In this document: positions 19,998 to 29,435 of the stretch, in pieces
How positions within the stretch are numbered: the stretch's first letter is position 1
How the letters are laid out: every line of letters begins with the position of its first letter
Assembly: GCA_035441405.1 (NCBI GenBank)
Contig: DAOROF010000001.1
Coordinates: 5,464 to 59,365 of the forward strand
Length of the DNA: 53,902 nt
Source: Candidatus Nanopelagicus sp.
GTDB lineage: Bacteria; Actinomycetota; Actinomycetes; Nanopelagicales; Nanopelagicaceae
Direction of reading: 5' to 3'
The notes under the pieces: model-generated
Told to the model about the DNA's origin: nothing
What the model saw: the letters and a program-made list of their open reading frames with translations, nothing else
Database searches by the model: none
Made by a program: the position numbers and the translations under genes

Positions 19998-20023
19998 AAC
20001 AAAATTGAGTTATTGCTTATTCC
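19998..20023 (-). promoter_or_regulatory. SigR/SigH-type promoter upstream of pirin, GGAAT-N18-GTT
   Basis: Minus strand reads gGGAAT-aagcaataactcaatttt-GTT (18-nt spacer), 37 nt upstream of the pirin start. Confidence 0.65.
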
Positions 20024-21409
20024 CTATAGAGCTTTAAGCGCGCTTACAACTTTTGTAAGCGAATCCTTTGCATCTCCGAATAATAAAGTTGTTTTTGCTT
20101 CGTAAAGCAGTTCATTTTCAATTCCTGCAAATCCTGGGCGCATAGATCTTTTTAGAAATATGACATTTGCCGCTAGTGATACATCTAAAATTGGCATTCC
20201 ATAAATAGGGCATCCTGGTGTGGTTTTTGCGGCTGGATTTACAACATCATTTGCACCAACTACTAAAACAACATCGGTTTGCGGAAATGTTGGATTTATT
20301 TCTTCCATCTCAACTAGCTGTTCATATGGAACATTTGCCTCAGCCAGTAAAACATTCATATGACCTGGCATACGACCTGCAACCGGATGAATTCCATAAG
20401 CAACATCAACACCTTTTGCTGAGAGCAAATCAGCTAATTCTCGAACTGTGTGTTGTGCTTGTGCAACCGCTAAACCAAATCCTGGCACAATCACAACTCT
20501 TTGTGCATAGTTAAGTAAAATTGCAACATCATCAGCTGATCCTGATTTAACTGGTCTGGTATCAGCTTCACCAGAACTTTGTTGAGTTTTTGCGGTAAAG
20601 GCCCCAAATAGAGTTCCAAATATAGATCTACCCATTGCCTCTGCCATTAATTTAGTAAGAATTGTGCCTGATGCTCCTACTAGGGTTCCTGCAATAATTA
20701 ATAATGTAGTTTGAAGAACATAACCAGAGGCTGCAACAGTTAAACCAGTAAATGCATTTAATAGCGAGATAACAATTGGAACATCTGCTCCACCTACTGG
20801 TAAAACAAAAAGTACACCGAATATTAAAGATAACAAGCCATTAATCAATAATGGCGTTGTGCCACCACTTGCAATTACCCAACCGCCACTGATCAAAACA
20901 CCAATCAGGGTTAGCGCAATGATTTGTCTACCAAAAGGAAAGACAACTGGTCTAGTTGTCATTAGCTCTTGAAGTTTAAGGAATGTGATTATCGATCCCG
21001 AGAAGGAAACGCAGCCCACAATTACAGTGAATACAGTGGCTATAACAACAGCTACTGTTGCTTCATCTCCTAATTTTAGATACTCAACTATTGCCACAAG
21101 CGCTGCTGCACCACCACCAACACCGTTGAAGAGCGCCACTAATTGCGGCATCTGAGTCATTTGTACTTTTCTTGCTGCAGGGACTCCGACAAGCACTCCA
21201 AAACCAATAGCCGCCAAAATTAAAGTCTGATTATTCAATGCCTTGCCATCATTTGCATAAAAGAAGACGATAACTGTCGCAATTGTTGCACCGAGAGCAC
21301 CAATTAAATTACCTTTTCGTGCCGACTTTGGTGAAGATAAACCTTTTAATGCCAATATAAAACAAATTCCTGCTGCCAGTCCAATTAGATCATAAAGGTT
21401 GCGACTCAT
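20024..21409 (-). CDS. pntB: NAD(P) transhydrogenase beta subunit
   Basis: MPQLVALFNGVGG, GGADVP.VISLLN, HPVAGRMPGHMNVLLAEA, GANDVVNP. Confidence 0.96.
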   Translation of the reverse strand: MSRNLYDLIGLAAGICFILALKGLSSPKSARKGNLIGALGATIATVIVFFYANDGKALNNQTLILAAIGFGVLVGVPAARKVQMTQMPQLVALFNGVGGGAAALVAIVEYLKLGDEATVAVVIATVFTVIVGCVSFSGSIITFLKLQELMTTRPVVFPFGRQIIALTLIGVLISGGWVIASGGTTPLLINGLLSLIFGVLFVLPVGGADVPIVISLLNAFTGLTVAASGYVLQTTLLIIAGTLVGASGTILTKLMAEAMGRSIFGTLFGAFTAKTQQSSGEADTRPVKSGSADDVAILLNYAQRVVIVPGFGLAVAQAQHTVRELADLLSAKGVDVAYGIHPVAGRMPGHMNVLLAEANVPYEQLVEMEEINPTFPQTDVVLVVGANDVVNPAAKTTPGCPIYGMPILDVSLAANVIFLKRSMRPGFAGIENELLYEAKTTLLFGDAKDSLTKVVSALKAL

Positions 21410-21732
21410 TTGTCTTCACCCTTAACTTTGTTTTGCTTAGGTTTGCCTTTAAACATCTGCAACATTCGATCGGTCACGACAAAACCTCCGACCATATTGA
21501 TCGTTGCAAGAATAACAGCAGAAATAGCAAGTGAGATCTCAAGAGTTGTTTTTGCATGATCTGCTACCACAATTGCTCCGACCAAAATCACACCATGAAT
21601 GGCGTTTGCTCCACTCATAAGTGGTGTATGCAGAGTTGTAGAAACTTTAGAAACAACTTCAAAACCTACAAATATAGAGAGTAAGAAAATAGCGAGCAAG
21701 GCTATTTCATTGCTCATTAATTCATTTACCAT
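21406..21732 (-). CDS. pntAB: NAD(P) transhydrogenase alpha subunit part 2 (membrane)
   Basis: LHTPLMSGANAIHG and GGFVVTDRML.MF motifs. Confidence 0.93.
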   Translation of the reverse strand: MVNELMSNEIALLAIFLLSIFVGFEVVSKVSTTLHTPLMSGANAIHGVILVGAIVVADHAKTTLEISLAISAVILATINMVGGFVVTDRMLQMFKGKPKQNKVKGEDK

Positions 21733-22856
21733 TATTTACTCTTCTCTCTTCTAATTCCATCATGCGTTACTGTTGCAGAATCAATAATTTCATCAGAAAA
21801 ATCAGGCTCTATCTGTCCAGTTGATTTTCCATCAACACTTTTATTCATTAATAAAAGCAGGTTTACAACATTCCTTGAAAATAGCATCGAAGCATGAAAT
21901 GCCAGTTGGCTAGGAACATCTTTTGCACCCCAAATTCTTACGCCCTCTTTTGTAGTTACCAATTCACCAGAAACTGAACCTTCAACATTTCCACCACTTT
22001 CAGCAGCTAAATCAACTACAACTGATCCTGGAGCCATGTGTGAAACCATGGCAGCAGTAACTAAACGAGGGGCAGTTCGACCAGGTACAGCAGCTGTAGT
22101 AATTAATACATCTGCCGCAGCGATATATGGCGTGAGTAATTCACGTTGCTTATTTGCACGTTCTTCAGTCATTTCTCTTGCATAACCGCCAGCACCTTCT
22201 AGCGCCTCAAGCTCTAATGAAATAAATTTTGCTCCCATAGATTTAACCTCATCAGCTGAGGAAGGTCGAACATCATATGCAGAAACTACTGCTCCTAATC
22301 GTTTTGCTGTTGCAATTGCTTGTAAACCAGCAACACCTGCACCAAGTACAACAACTTTCGCCGGTGTAACAGTTCCAGCAGCGGTCATAAGTAAAGGAAA
22401 AAACTTAGGGGATAATTCAGCAGCAACCAATGCTGCCTTATATCCAGCACATAGTGCTTGTGAGGTTAGTGCGTCCATCGATTGTGCTCTGGAAATTCTA
22501 GGGACTAATTCAAGTGAAAGTGCTGTAACTGATGCGCCAACTGCAGCATCAATGGAATCAGTTGATGTAGTTGGTGATAAAAATGAAATAGTTAAAGAGC
22601 CTTTTTTCAAACTTTTAATTTGGTTTGGTGTGAGTGGTTGTACGGATAAAACCACATCGCTATTAGCTAATACATCACCTTGCTTAATTTGTGCTCCGGC
22701 AGCTAAAAACTGCGCATCAGAATACTCTGCCGCAACCCCTGCGCCCGATTCAATGAAAACTTCATGCCCTAATTTTGTTAATTTTGAAATAATATCTGGG
22801 ACAAGTGCAACGCGTTTCTCGCCAGGCTTAATTTCCTTTGGTACCGAAATTCGCAT
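21732..22856 (-). CDS. pntAA: NAD(P) transhydrogenase alpha subunit part 1 (domain I)
   Basis: EKRVAL, PRISRAQSMDAL, GAGVAGLQA, GGYA, DLAAESGGN. Confidence 0.95.
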   Translation of the reverse strand: MRISVPKEIKPGEKRVALVPDIISKLTKLGHEVFIESGAGVAAEYSDAQFLAAGAQIKQGDVLANSDVVLSVQPLTPNQIKSLKKGSLTISFLSPTTSTDSIDAAVGASVTALSLELVPRISRAQSMDALTSQALCAGYKAALVAAELSPKFFPLLMTAAGTVTPAKVVVLGAGVAGLQAIATAKRLGAVVSAYDVRPSSADEVKSMGAKFISLELEALEGAGGYAREMTEERANKQRELLTPYIAAADVLITTAAVPGRTAPRLVTAAMVSHMAPGSVVVDLAAESGGNVEGSVSGELVTTKEGVRIWGAKDVPSQLAFHASMLFSRNVVNLLLLMNKSVDGKSTGQIEPDFSDEIIDSATVTHDGIRREKSK

Positions 22857-22881
22857 CCGCCTACCTTACCTAACCTTCACT

Positions 22882-23835
22882 TTAATTATTTCCTTTTAGG
22901 TCACCCTTACTCAGGTGGTAGAGCAATGCTTGGATCGTAGTTCTTCGATGAAATGCTTGTCTAAAGACAACAGATTTTGGGCCATCAATAACTTCAGCAG
23001 AAACCTCTTCACCTCGATGTGCTGGCAAGCAATGCATAAATATTGAATCTGAAGAAGTAAGTGACATTAATTCAGGGGTTACCATAAATGGTTTTAGCGC
23101 TGACATTTTCTCAGCACGATCTGATTCTGAATCTCCCATAGACATCCAAACATCAGTATAAATCGCACTAGCATTTTTCGCAGCCGATTTAGCATCGGTT
23201 AGGATTTCAATCTTTGCGCCTGATTTCTTAGCAATTTCATTTGCTTGTTTAACAATATTTTCATTTGGTGCCCACTTACCTCCTGGAGTTGCAACAACTA
23301 TGTGAGCACCCATAGTTGCACCCATAATTAACCAAGCAGTAGAGACGTTATTACCGTCACCGACATAAGCAAACTTTCTATTGGAAATACTCTTTCCAAA
23401 ATTCTCTTTTAAAGTTATCCAATCCGCTAAAAGTTGCGTTGGGTGATCATCATCAGTTAAGGCATTTATTACCGGAATCGATGCATTCTTTCCCAACTCA
23501 TCAACATCATTTTGGGAAAAAGTTCGAACAATAAGCGCGCTACAAAAACCCGAGATAATTTTTGCAGTATCTGAAATAGTTTCACCTCTACCAATTTGCA
23601 GCTCATCTGCACGAAGGAAGATTGGGGTTCCACCCAGATGGGCCACTGCAGTTTCCGAGGCTAAACGAGTCCTAGTTGAAGATTTGGTCATGTAAATCGC
23701 AACAGTTTTTTTGGCCAAAGTCTTTTTCGATCGCAACGGATTGCTGGCGAACTTGCCTGCGGTCTCAAGTATTAACTCAACATCTGATTTAGATAAGTCA
23801 GATGTACGCAGCAGGTCCTTTAATTTTGTGCTCAC
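22882..23835 (-). CDS. argF: Ornithine carbamoyltransferase
   Basis: STRTR, HPTQ, YTDVWMSMG, HCLP motifs. Confidence 0.85.
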   Translation of the reverse strand: MSTKLKDLLRTSDLSKSDVELILETAGKFASNPLRSKKTLAKKTVAIYMTKSSTRTRLASETAVAHLGGTPIFLRADELQIGRGETISDTAKIISGFCSALIVRTFSQNDVDELGKNASIPVINALTDDDHPTQLLADWITLKENFGKSISNRKFAYVGDGNNVSTAWLIMGATMGAHIVVATPGGKWAPNENIVKQANEIAKKSGAKIEILTDAKSAAKNASAIYTDVWMSMGDSESDRAEKMSALKPFMVTPELMSLTSSDSIFMHCLPAHRGEEVSAEVIDGPKSVVFRQAFHRRTTIQALLYHLSKGDLKGNN

Positions 23836-23875
23836 TGGTAAATGGTAGGCGATATTTTTGGATTAGGATTTGCCC

Positions 23876-24127
23876 ATGGGCTTTCTCGATGATTTACGCG
23901 GTAAATCTGGCAAATCAGGGGTACTCGCTGATGAAAGGTTGGCACCAACAGAAGATGGTGATCACGAGAGATTTTCACACTATGTCGATAAAAATAAAAT
24001 CACAGAATCTGCAGTTACTGGAAAACCGGTTCGAGCTTTATGCGGGAAAAAATGGATACCAAATAGAGATCCTGAAAAATTTCCAATCTGCCCAACATGT
24101 AAAGAGATTCACGCCCGCTTAAAGTAA
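23876..24127 (+). CDS. DUF3039 family small Zn-binding protein
   Basis: GDHERFSHYV, ALCGK.W.P.RDP...P.CPTCKEI; ATG 23876 is 6 nt behind TAGGAT. Confidence 0.85.
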   Translation: MGFLDDLRGKSGKSGVLADERLAPTEDGDHERFSHYVDKNKITESAVTGKPVRALCGKKWIPNRDPEKFPICPTCKEIHARLK

Positions 24128-24158
24128 TTTCTCAGAATTAACCGATACCCTAAAATTC

Positions 24159-25877
24159 ATGGAATCGCGTAAATTTAAGATCGCTTTACTCACAGCATTC
24201 CTATTATTCTCAACCACTATTCCAGCTTCAGCAGAGAATCCTCCCAGAAGAATTCTTTCTGGTTGGTTGCCTGATTATTCATTGAGCAGAAATCTTCCAA
24301 CCGTTGAAGGTAACTTAGATTTACTTAGAGATGTCTCGCCATTTTGGTATGGCTTAACTGGTGGAATGAATGTGAAAGATAAGTATGCTCTTGGAAGATA
24401 CACAACTCCAAAAGAGCAAGTTATTGCAAGGTTAAAATCAAACAATATTATTTTACTTCCAACAATCACCGACGATAATGGAAGGTTAGTTCTTGCAAAT
24501 TTATTAGCAAATGAAAGTTCTAGAAATACTATCGTTCAAAACCTTAAGGCATTAGTGCTGAAGCAGAATTATGATGGAATTGATTTAGATTTTGAAACTT
24601 TTTATACCAAAGATGGTAGATCAACTTGGCCAGCACTTAAACCAAACTGGATAGCTTTTATAAAACAACTTTCAGGTGAACTTAGATCACAAAATAAACT
24701 TTTATCAGTAACAACTCCACCAGACTTTGCTAAAGAGACCAAGCGAGCAGGTAACTCTGTTTACTCTTGGGGTGAGATTGGTCCGTATATAGATCGACTT
24801 AGAATTATGGCTTATGATTTTTCAACAACCACACCAGGACCTATTGGACCACTTGCCTGGACTGAAGATGCGGTTAAGTACGCAGTTACTCAGATGCCTG
24901 CTTCAAAGGTTTTTCTTGGAATACCAGGTTATGGGCGAGATTGGGTAACAAAAGTTGATGGCGTGTGCCCAGCAGCATTTGCATCGTCCGTAGTTGTAGG
25001 GGCAAAGGCAGCGGTTGTAATGCGTGAAGCGTTGAATCTTGCCACAAATAACAAAGCAGTACCTACATACAACAGCACACATGCTGAATCAACATTCACT
25101 TATACAAAAACTTACATGGACCCGACAAACTCAGCAATTGCTTGTACAGCAACTAGGAAGGTTTGGTTTCCTGATGAGAAAAGTTATGCGGCACGAACAA
25201 ATTTAGTTGGTAAGTATCGATTAGGGGGAATAGCGGTTTGGACCTTTGGGATGGAAAATGCGGCCGCAATGAGCGCGGTTCGCGAAATTGCTAAATCTAT
25301 TGCGCCAGATCAAGTGATTGGCACTATTTCGACTGATTTTGCAGAAATTTCATATGGTTCAACATTTAATCTAGCTGCCACATTTAAGTTACCAGACAAG
25401 ACTCCCGTAGCAGGCCTTAATGTTAGATTTGAAATTAAAAATAGTAATGATTCCAATTGGCGTAGCTTAGCTGCCGGTATAACTGATGCCACTGGTGCAA
25501 TTTCGGTCCCAGTAATAATTGGTCAAAAAAGTTTAATTAGATTAGTTTCAGAAGGCAGCTGGGAGAGAATAGAAGGCATAACTGCTGAAAAGAGTATCTC
25601 GGTTGTTCCAAAAGTTATTCTGCCTCTACCTACATCAATAAAAGTAGGTGCCACCTATCCAATCTCTGGCCAAATAATGCCTAATGCTCAAGGAATTAAG
25701 CTATCTGTCCTGCAAGATGGAAAATCGATCGGCTCATTTACAACCGATTCCAATGGTTCATTTAATTTCGCTATCACTCCAACCACACCCGGGATTCATA
25801 CTTATCAGATTGCTATTGAAGCTGGGGTAAAAAATTCAGCCGGAAGTAGTGAACTCTTCACAGTTTTAGTTAGATAA
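24159..25877 (+). CDS. Secreted glycoside hydrolase family 18 protein with C-terminal Ig-like beta domains
   Basis: Signal peptide (..PASA), DGIDLDFE catalytic motif, IMAYD, LGIPGYGRDW, LGGIAVW; beta-rich C-terminal ~190 aa. Confidence 0.88.
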   Translation: MESRKFKIALLTAFLLFSTTIPASAENPPRRILSGWLPDYSLSRNLPTVEGNLDLLRDVSPFWYGLTGGMNVKDKYALGRYTTPKEQVIARLKSNNIILLPTITDDNGRLVLANLLANESSRNTIVQNLKALVLKQNYDGIDLDFETFYTKDGRSTWPALKPNWIAFIKQLSGELRSQNKLLSVTTPPDFAKETKRAGNSVYSWGEIGPYIDRLRIMAYDFSTTTPGPIGPLAWTEDAVKYAVTQMPASKVFLGIPGYGRDWVTKVDGVCPAAFASSVVVGAKAAVVMREALNLATNNKAVPTYNSTHAESTFTYTKTYMDPTNSAIACTATRKVWFPDEKSYAARTNLVGKYRLGGIAVWTFGMENAAAMSAVREIAKSIAPDQVIGTISTDFAEISYGSTFNLAATFKLPDKTPVAGLNVRFEIKNSNDSNWRSLAAGITDATGAISVPVIIGQKSLIRLVSEGSWERIEGITAEKSISVVPKVILPLPTSIKVGATYPISGQIMPNAQGIKLSVLQDGKSIGSFTTDSNGSFNFAITPTTPGIHTYQIAIEAGVKNSAGSSELFTVLVR

Positions 25878-25884
25878 TTAGGGC

Positions 25885-26181
25885 ATGAGTTCCCAAACCC
25901 AAGTTGAAGAAGTATTAGATTTAAGTAAATTTTTTGATCACCTTTGGGTAACTATTGTTTGGGATGATCCAGTTAATTTAATGAATTACGTTACATATGT
26001 CTTTATTAAGCTATTTGGATTTTCAAAAGAAAAAGCACATGATCTCATGATGCAAGTTCATAATGAAGGAAAAGCTGTTGTGGCTTCAGGAACTAGAGAA
26101 GAGATGGAACGAGCAGTTCAAAGTTTGCATGAGCATGGACTCTGGGCAACACTTCAAAGGGAAGATCATGGGCGAGTTTAA
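25885..26181 (+). CDS. clpS: ATP-dependent Clp protease adaptor
   Basis: [34 protein letters not shown]. Confidence 0.95.
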   Translation: MSSQTQVEEVLDLSKFFDHLWVTIVWDDPVNLMNYVTYVFIKLFGFSKEKAHDLMMQVHNEGKAVVASGTREEMERAVQSLHEHGLWATLQREDHGRV

Positions 26182-26740
26182 AGGTACTCCGGCCACTGGG
26201 GATTTATCAGTAGCGCTAAGCAATGATGAGTTACATATTTTAATTAATCTTGTCGAACAGCTACTTGAATTATTAGGAGAAGGAAATTTCAATCATCACT
26301 ATCAAACCGATGATCCATTCGCACAACTTATGGCAGCAACCATGGGCAACATCCAATCTCCAATATCTCAACCTGAGGATCCGGTACTTAAGCGACTTTT
26401 ACCAAATGCGTATCCAGATCCAGAGAGTGCAGATGAGTTTCGTAAATATACAGAGCCAGCATTGCGGAAGTTAAAGCAAGATCATCTTTTATACCTAAGA
26501 GAGCAGCTAGTTTTTCCAGTTGATCATGAGTTAGAACGGGCAGATATAGCAATAAGTGATCCAACTCAATGGCTCATCGCAATTAATGATTTGAGACTAG
26601 CACTTTCAGTTCGGCTAAATATTGACCAAAGTAGTTTTGAAAGTTATGAATTGATGCCAGATACTGATCAACAAAAACCACTTTTTGCAGTCTATTTTTG
26701 GCTGGGCGGTATTCAGGAGAATTTACTTAATCACCTATAG
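26168..26740 (+). CDS. DUF2017 family protein
   Basis: [30 protein letters not shown] motifs; usual position after clpS; start reassigned to ATG 26168. Confidence 0.82.
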   Translation: MGEFKGTPATGDLSVALSNDELHILINLVEQLLELLGEGNFNHHYQTDDPFAQLMAATMGNIQSPISQPEDPVLKRLLPNAYPDPESADEFRKYTEPALRKLKQDHLLYLREQLVFPVDHELERADIAISDPTQWLIAINDLRLALSVRLNIDQSSFESYELMPDTDQQKPLFAVYFWLGGIQENLLNHL

Positions 26741-26744
26741 TGAT

Positions 26745-26777
26745 AAAAAAAGTGGGGCTGATTTCTCAGCCCCACTT
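26745..26777 (-). terminator. Intrinsic terminator of the rhodopsin gene
   Basis: Minus strand AAGTGGGGCTGA-GAAA-TCAGCCCCACTT followed by a T-run. Confidence 0.88.
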
Positions 26778-26794
26778 CAATTATTTAAAGACGA

Positions 26795-27565
26795 TTAGTG
26801 ATCGTCCTTCATTCCTTCAGCTACGGATTTCATCTTTGCAATCTTTAGGATTGTTAGACCAAATACGCACTTAGCTAATACGTCTGCGATTGTGTAACCA
26901 ATCTGACGATTAACAAACGCTGCCGGATCCAATGCATCTTGACCAAGAATTGGTAGAAGGTATGCGATTGGATAAACGCCCCAAGTTGCGATCAATAGCA
27001 AACGTAGACGACCTACAGTCGCAGCTACTCCTGCTGGTTGACGATCTAGTGACTTTGAAAGCTCGACGAACAATACATACAGAATGTATAGGAAAGGTAT
27101 TGTTGACAATACACCCCATAGAACCTTGGTGTTGTTGTCAGTTGAAATCTCACCTGGGTAACCAAGTGCGATCATTGCTGCTGATGCAGGCACCAAGCGG
27201 TTAATTAAGGAAGAAGCCGCTGCCTTAGCAAGAGCAAGTACTGCAATTACTTCTACTAGAAGTAGAGGTACTGTCAGAATCCAGTCAACGTAGCGATATC
27301 CCTCGTTGAATGTTCCATGACCGGTTCCTACCTTTAGTGAACCATCTACAAAAGAATCATCAAATGAATTGAAAATTCTCCAATAGTGGTAAGCAGCAAT
27401 AAATGTCACCATTGATGACATAACAAGTGCTGTGCGGTACTTAGGTAGTACTCGAGATTGTGAAACTAGTGTGTATACGGTGCAGGCAAGCATTGATACA
27501 AGTCCAAATGAAAGGACGTTGTAAACGATGCCGAACTGATCTGCAGATAATGCAATTGAGTTCAT
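26795..27565 (-). CDS. actR: Actinorhodopsin (xanthorhodopsin-like light-driven proton pump)
   Basis: Helix C RYVDWILTVPLLLVE (DTE motif, Leu at tuning site), helix B YHY, LGYPGE, WGVYPI, helix G DVLAK retinal lysine; GGAGG SD. Confidence 0.95.
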   Translation of the reverse strand: MNSIALSADQFGIVYNVLSFGLVSMLACTVYTLVSQSRVLPKYRTALVMSSMVTFIAAYHYWRIFNSFDDSFVDGSLKVGTGHGTFNEGYRYVDWILTVPLLLVEVIAVLALAKAAASSLINRLVPASAAMIALGYPGEISTDNNTKVLWGVLSTIPFLYILYVLFVELSKSLDRQPAGVAATVGRLRLLLIATWGVYPIAYLLPILGQDALDPAAFVNRQIGYTIADVLAKCVFGLTILKIAKMKSVAEGMKDDH

Positions 27566-27811
27566 CTAAAAAGCCTCCATAGGCATTTAGTTTGCTCATA
27601 TCCTTTTGGACACAAGCCAGCAAGCATTCGTAACCTCATATGCAGGCTACGACTAATTGCCTAGGCAATAGCGTGGTGGTTACTAGCCAGTTCATCAAGA
27701 CAATCCACCCCGAATTCCCCTTAATTCTTAAGATTTCTCAGGTAAAAGAGGGCAAATCGGACATTTTCTGAATAACACTACTTCTGATGGCTGCATTTAC
27801 ACTTACCTCAA

Positions 27812-28624
27812 ATGGCAATCAACTCTGCAGTTAATAAGAATGCACCGATCGGAATCTTTGATTCTGGAGTTGGTGGCTTAACGGTTGCACGAGCAATAAT
27901 CGATCAGCTACCGGGTGAATCGATTCTTTATATTGGCGATACCGCCCGTGGCCCATATGGTCCAAGACCACTTGCTCAGGTGAGAACTTACGCGCTAGAA
28001 ATAATGGACCAATTAGTTGCCGCTGGCGTCAAAGCAATTGTGATTGCTTGTAATACTGCAAGTGCTGCAATGCTTCGTGATGCACGCGAGCGCTACACCA
28101 TCCCAGTAATTGAGGTTATTCAACCTGCAGTTCGCCGAGCTGTCTCTGCTTCTAGAAGTGGCAATATCGGCGTTATTGGCACAACCGCCACCATTGATTC
28201 CAAAGCTTACTTAGATGCATTTGCTGCGGCACCGCAATTAAAAATTACCTCTAAAGCCTGTCCACTATTTGTTGAGTTTGTTGAACAGGGTAAAACCTCA
28301 GGGGATGAGATTACAAAAATTGCCCAAGATTACTTAGCTCAAATGCAGCAGGCCAAGATTGATACTCTCGTCTTAGGCTGCACCCACTATCCATTGTTAA
28401 CTGGTGTGATCTCCTATGTCATGGGAAATGATGTCACCTTAGTTTCCAGCGCTGAGGAGACGGCAAAGGATCTGTATAAAACCTTAGTTGAGGCAGATTT
28501 ATTAAGTACCCAAAGCTCACCTGCCACACATAGATTTGTGGCAACTGGGGATGCAAGCAGTTTTGCCGCTTTAGCACGAAGATTTCTAGGCCCAGAGGTA
28601 GTATCAGTTACTAATAAGATTTAA
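27812..28624 (+). CDS. murI: Glutamate racemase
   Basis: [27 protein letters not shown]. Confidence 0.96.
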   Translation: MAINSAVNKNAPIGIFDSGVGGLTVARAIIDQLPGESILYIGDTARGPYGPRPLAQVRTYALEIMDQLVAAGVKAIVIACNTASAAMLRDARERYTIPVIEVIQPAVRRAVSASRSGNIGVIGTTATIDSKAYLDAFAAAPQLKITSKACPLFVEFVEQGKTSGDEITKIAQDYLAQMQQAKIDTLVLGCTHYPLLTGVISYVMGNDVTLVSSAEETAKDLYKTLVEADLLSTQSSPATHRFVATGDASSFAALARRFLGPEVVSVTNKI

Positions 28625-28700
28625 CATCTAAGAGTTAACAACTTTAAAGATAGCACTAAGCGCTTAAATTTAACGAGAGAAAAAAAAGAGGAGATAAATC

Positions 28701-29426
28701 ATTAGCAGAATCGATGGCAGATCAAGTGATCAATTACGTCCAATTAAATTTACCCGCCATTGGTTAGATAATGCCGAAGGATCAGTCCTAGTTGAGTTTG
28801 GTAAGACTAGAGTTTTATGTGTTGCATCCTTTACCCCAGGAGTGCCCCGCTGGTTAGTTGGTAAGGGTGAGGGTTGGGTAACAAGTGAGTACGCCATGTT
28901 GCCTAGAGCTACCCATACTAGATCTGACCGCGAGAGTGTTAAGGGCAAGTTAGGTGGCAGAACTCAGGAGATCTCCAGATTAGTTGGCAGATCCTTACGT
29001 GGCATCGTAGATATGAAAGCATTAGGTGAAAACACAATTGTGATTGATTGTGATGTATTGCAAGCAGATGGTGGCACTCGAACAGCTGCGATTACTGGGG
29101 CATATGTTGCCCTAGCCGATGCGATATCTTGGGCGAAATCAAATTCCCACATTGCCGAGAAATCAAATCCCTTAACCCAATCAGTTGCGGCAGTTTCAGT
29201 TGGAATCATAGACGGCATACCAACCTTAGATCTTTGCTATGAAGAGGATGTTGCTGCGCAAACTGATATGAATATTGTCTGCACCGGTGATGGTAATTTT
29301 ATTGAGGTGCAAGGAACTGCTGAAGGAAAACCATTTGATCGCAATTTACTAGATCAATTATTAAATTTAGGCGCTAAGGGCTGTGCTGATTTAACAAAAC
29401 TTCAAATCCAATCCTTATCTAAATAA
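28701..29426 (+). CDS. rph: Ribonuclease PH (non-canonical ATT start)
   Basis: The 28842 ORF extends in frame to (I)[30 protein letters not shown]; contains [15 protein letters not shown] and [11 protein letters not shown]; GAGGAG SD at 28688-28693; in-frame TAA at 28695. Confidence 0.9.
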   Translation: MSRIDGRSSDQLRPIKFTRHWLDNAEGSVLVEFGKTRVLCVASFTPGVPRWLVGKGEGWVTSEYAMLPRATHTRSDRESVKGKLGGRTQEISRLVGRSLRGIVDMKALGENTIVIDCDVLQADGGTRTAAITGAYVALADAISWAKSNSHIAEKSNPLTQSVAAVSVGIIDGIPTLDLCYEEDVAAQTDMNIVCTGDGNFIEVQGTAEGKPFDRNLLDQLLNLGAKGCADLTKLQIQSLSK

Positions 29427-29435
29427 TTTTACAAA

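Noticed and set aside
26063-26167. Longer start for the DUF2017 gene
   Set aside because: Would overlap clpS by more than 100 bp; ATG 26168 gives the usual short overlap.
27441-27623. Out-of-frame upstream ORF overlapping the actR start (internal ATG at 27599)
   Set aside because: The AAGGA is only 1 nt from that ATG and the peptide has no recognisable features; unsupported as a leader peptide, though not excluded.
28842-29426. rph as an N-terminally truncated pseudogene
   Set aside because: The upstream 47 codons are intact, in frame and preceded by a well-spaced SD; a non-canonical start or single-base error explains it better.
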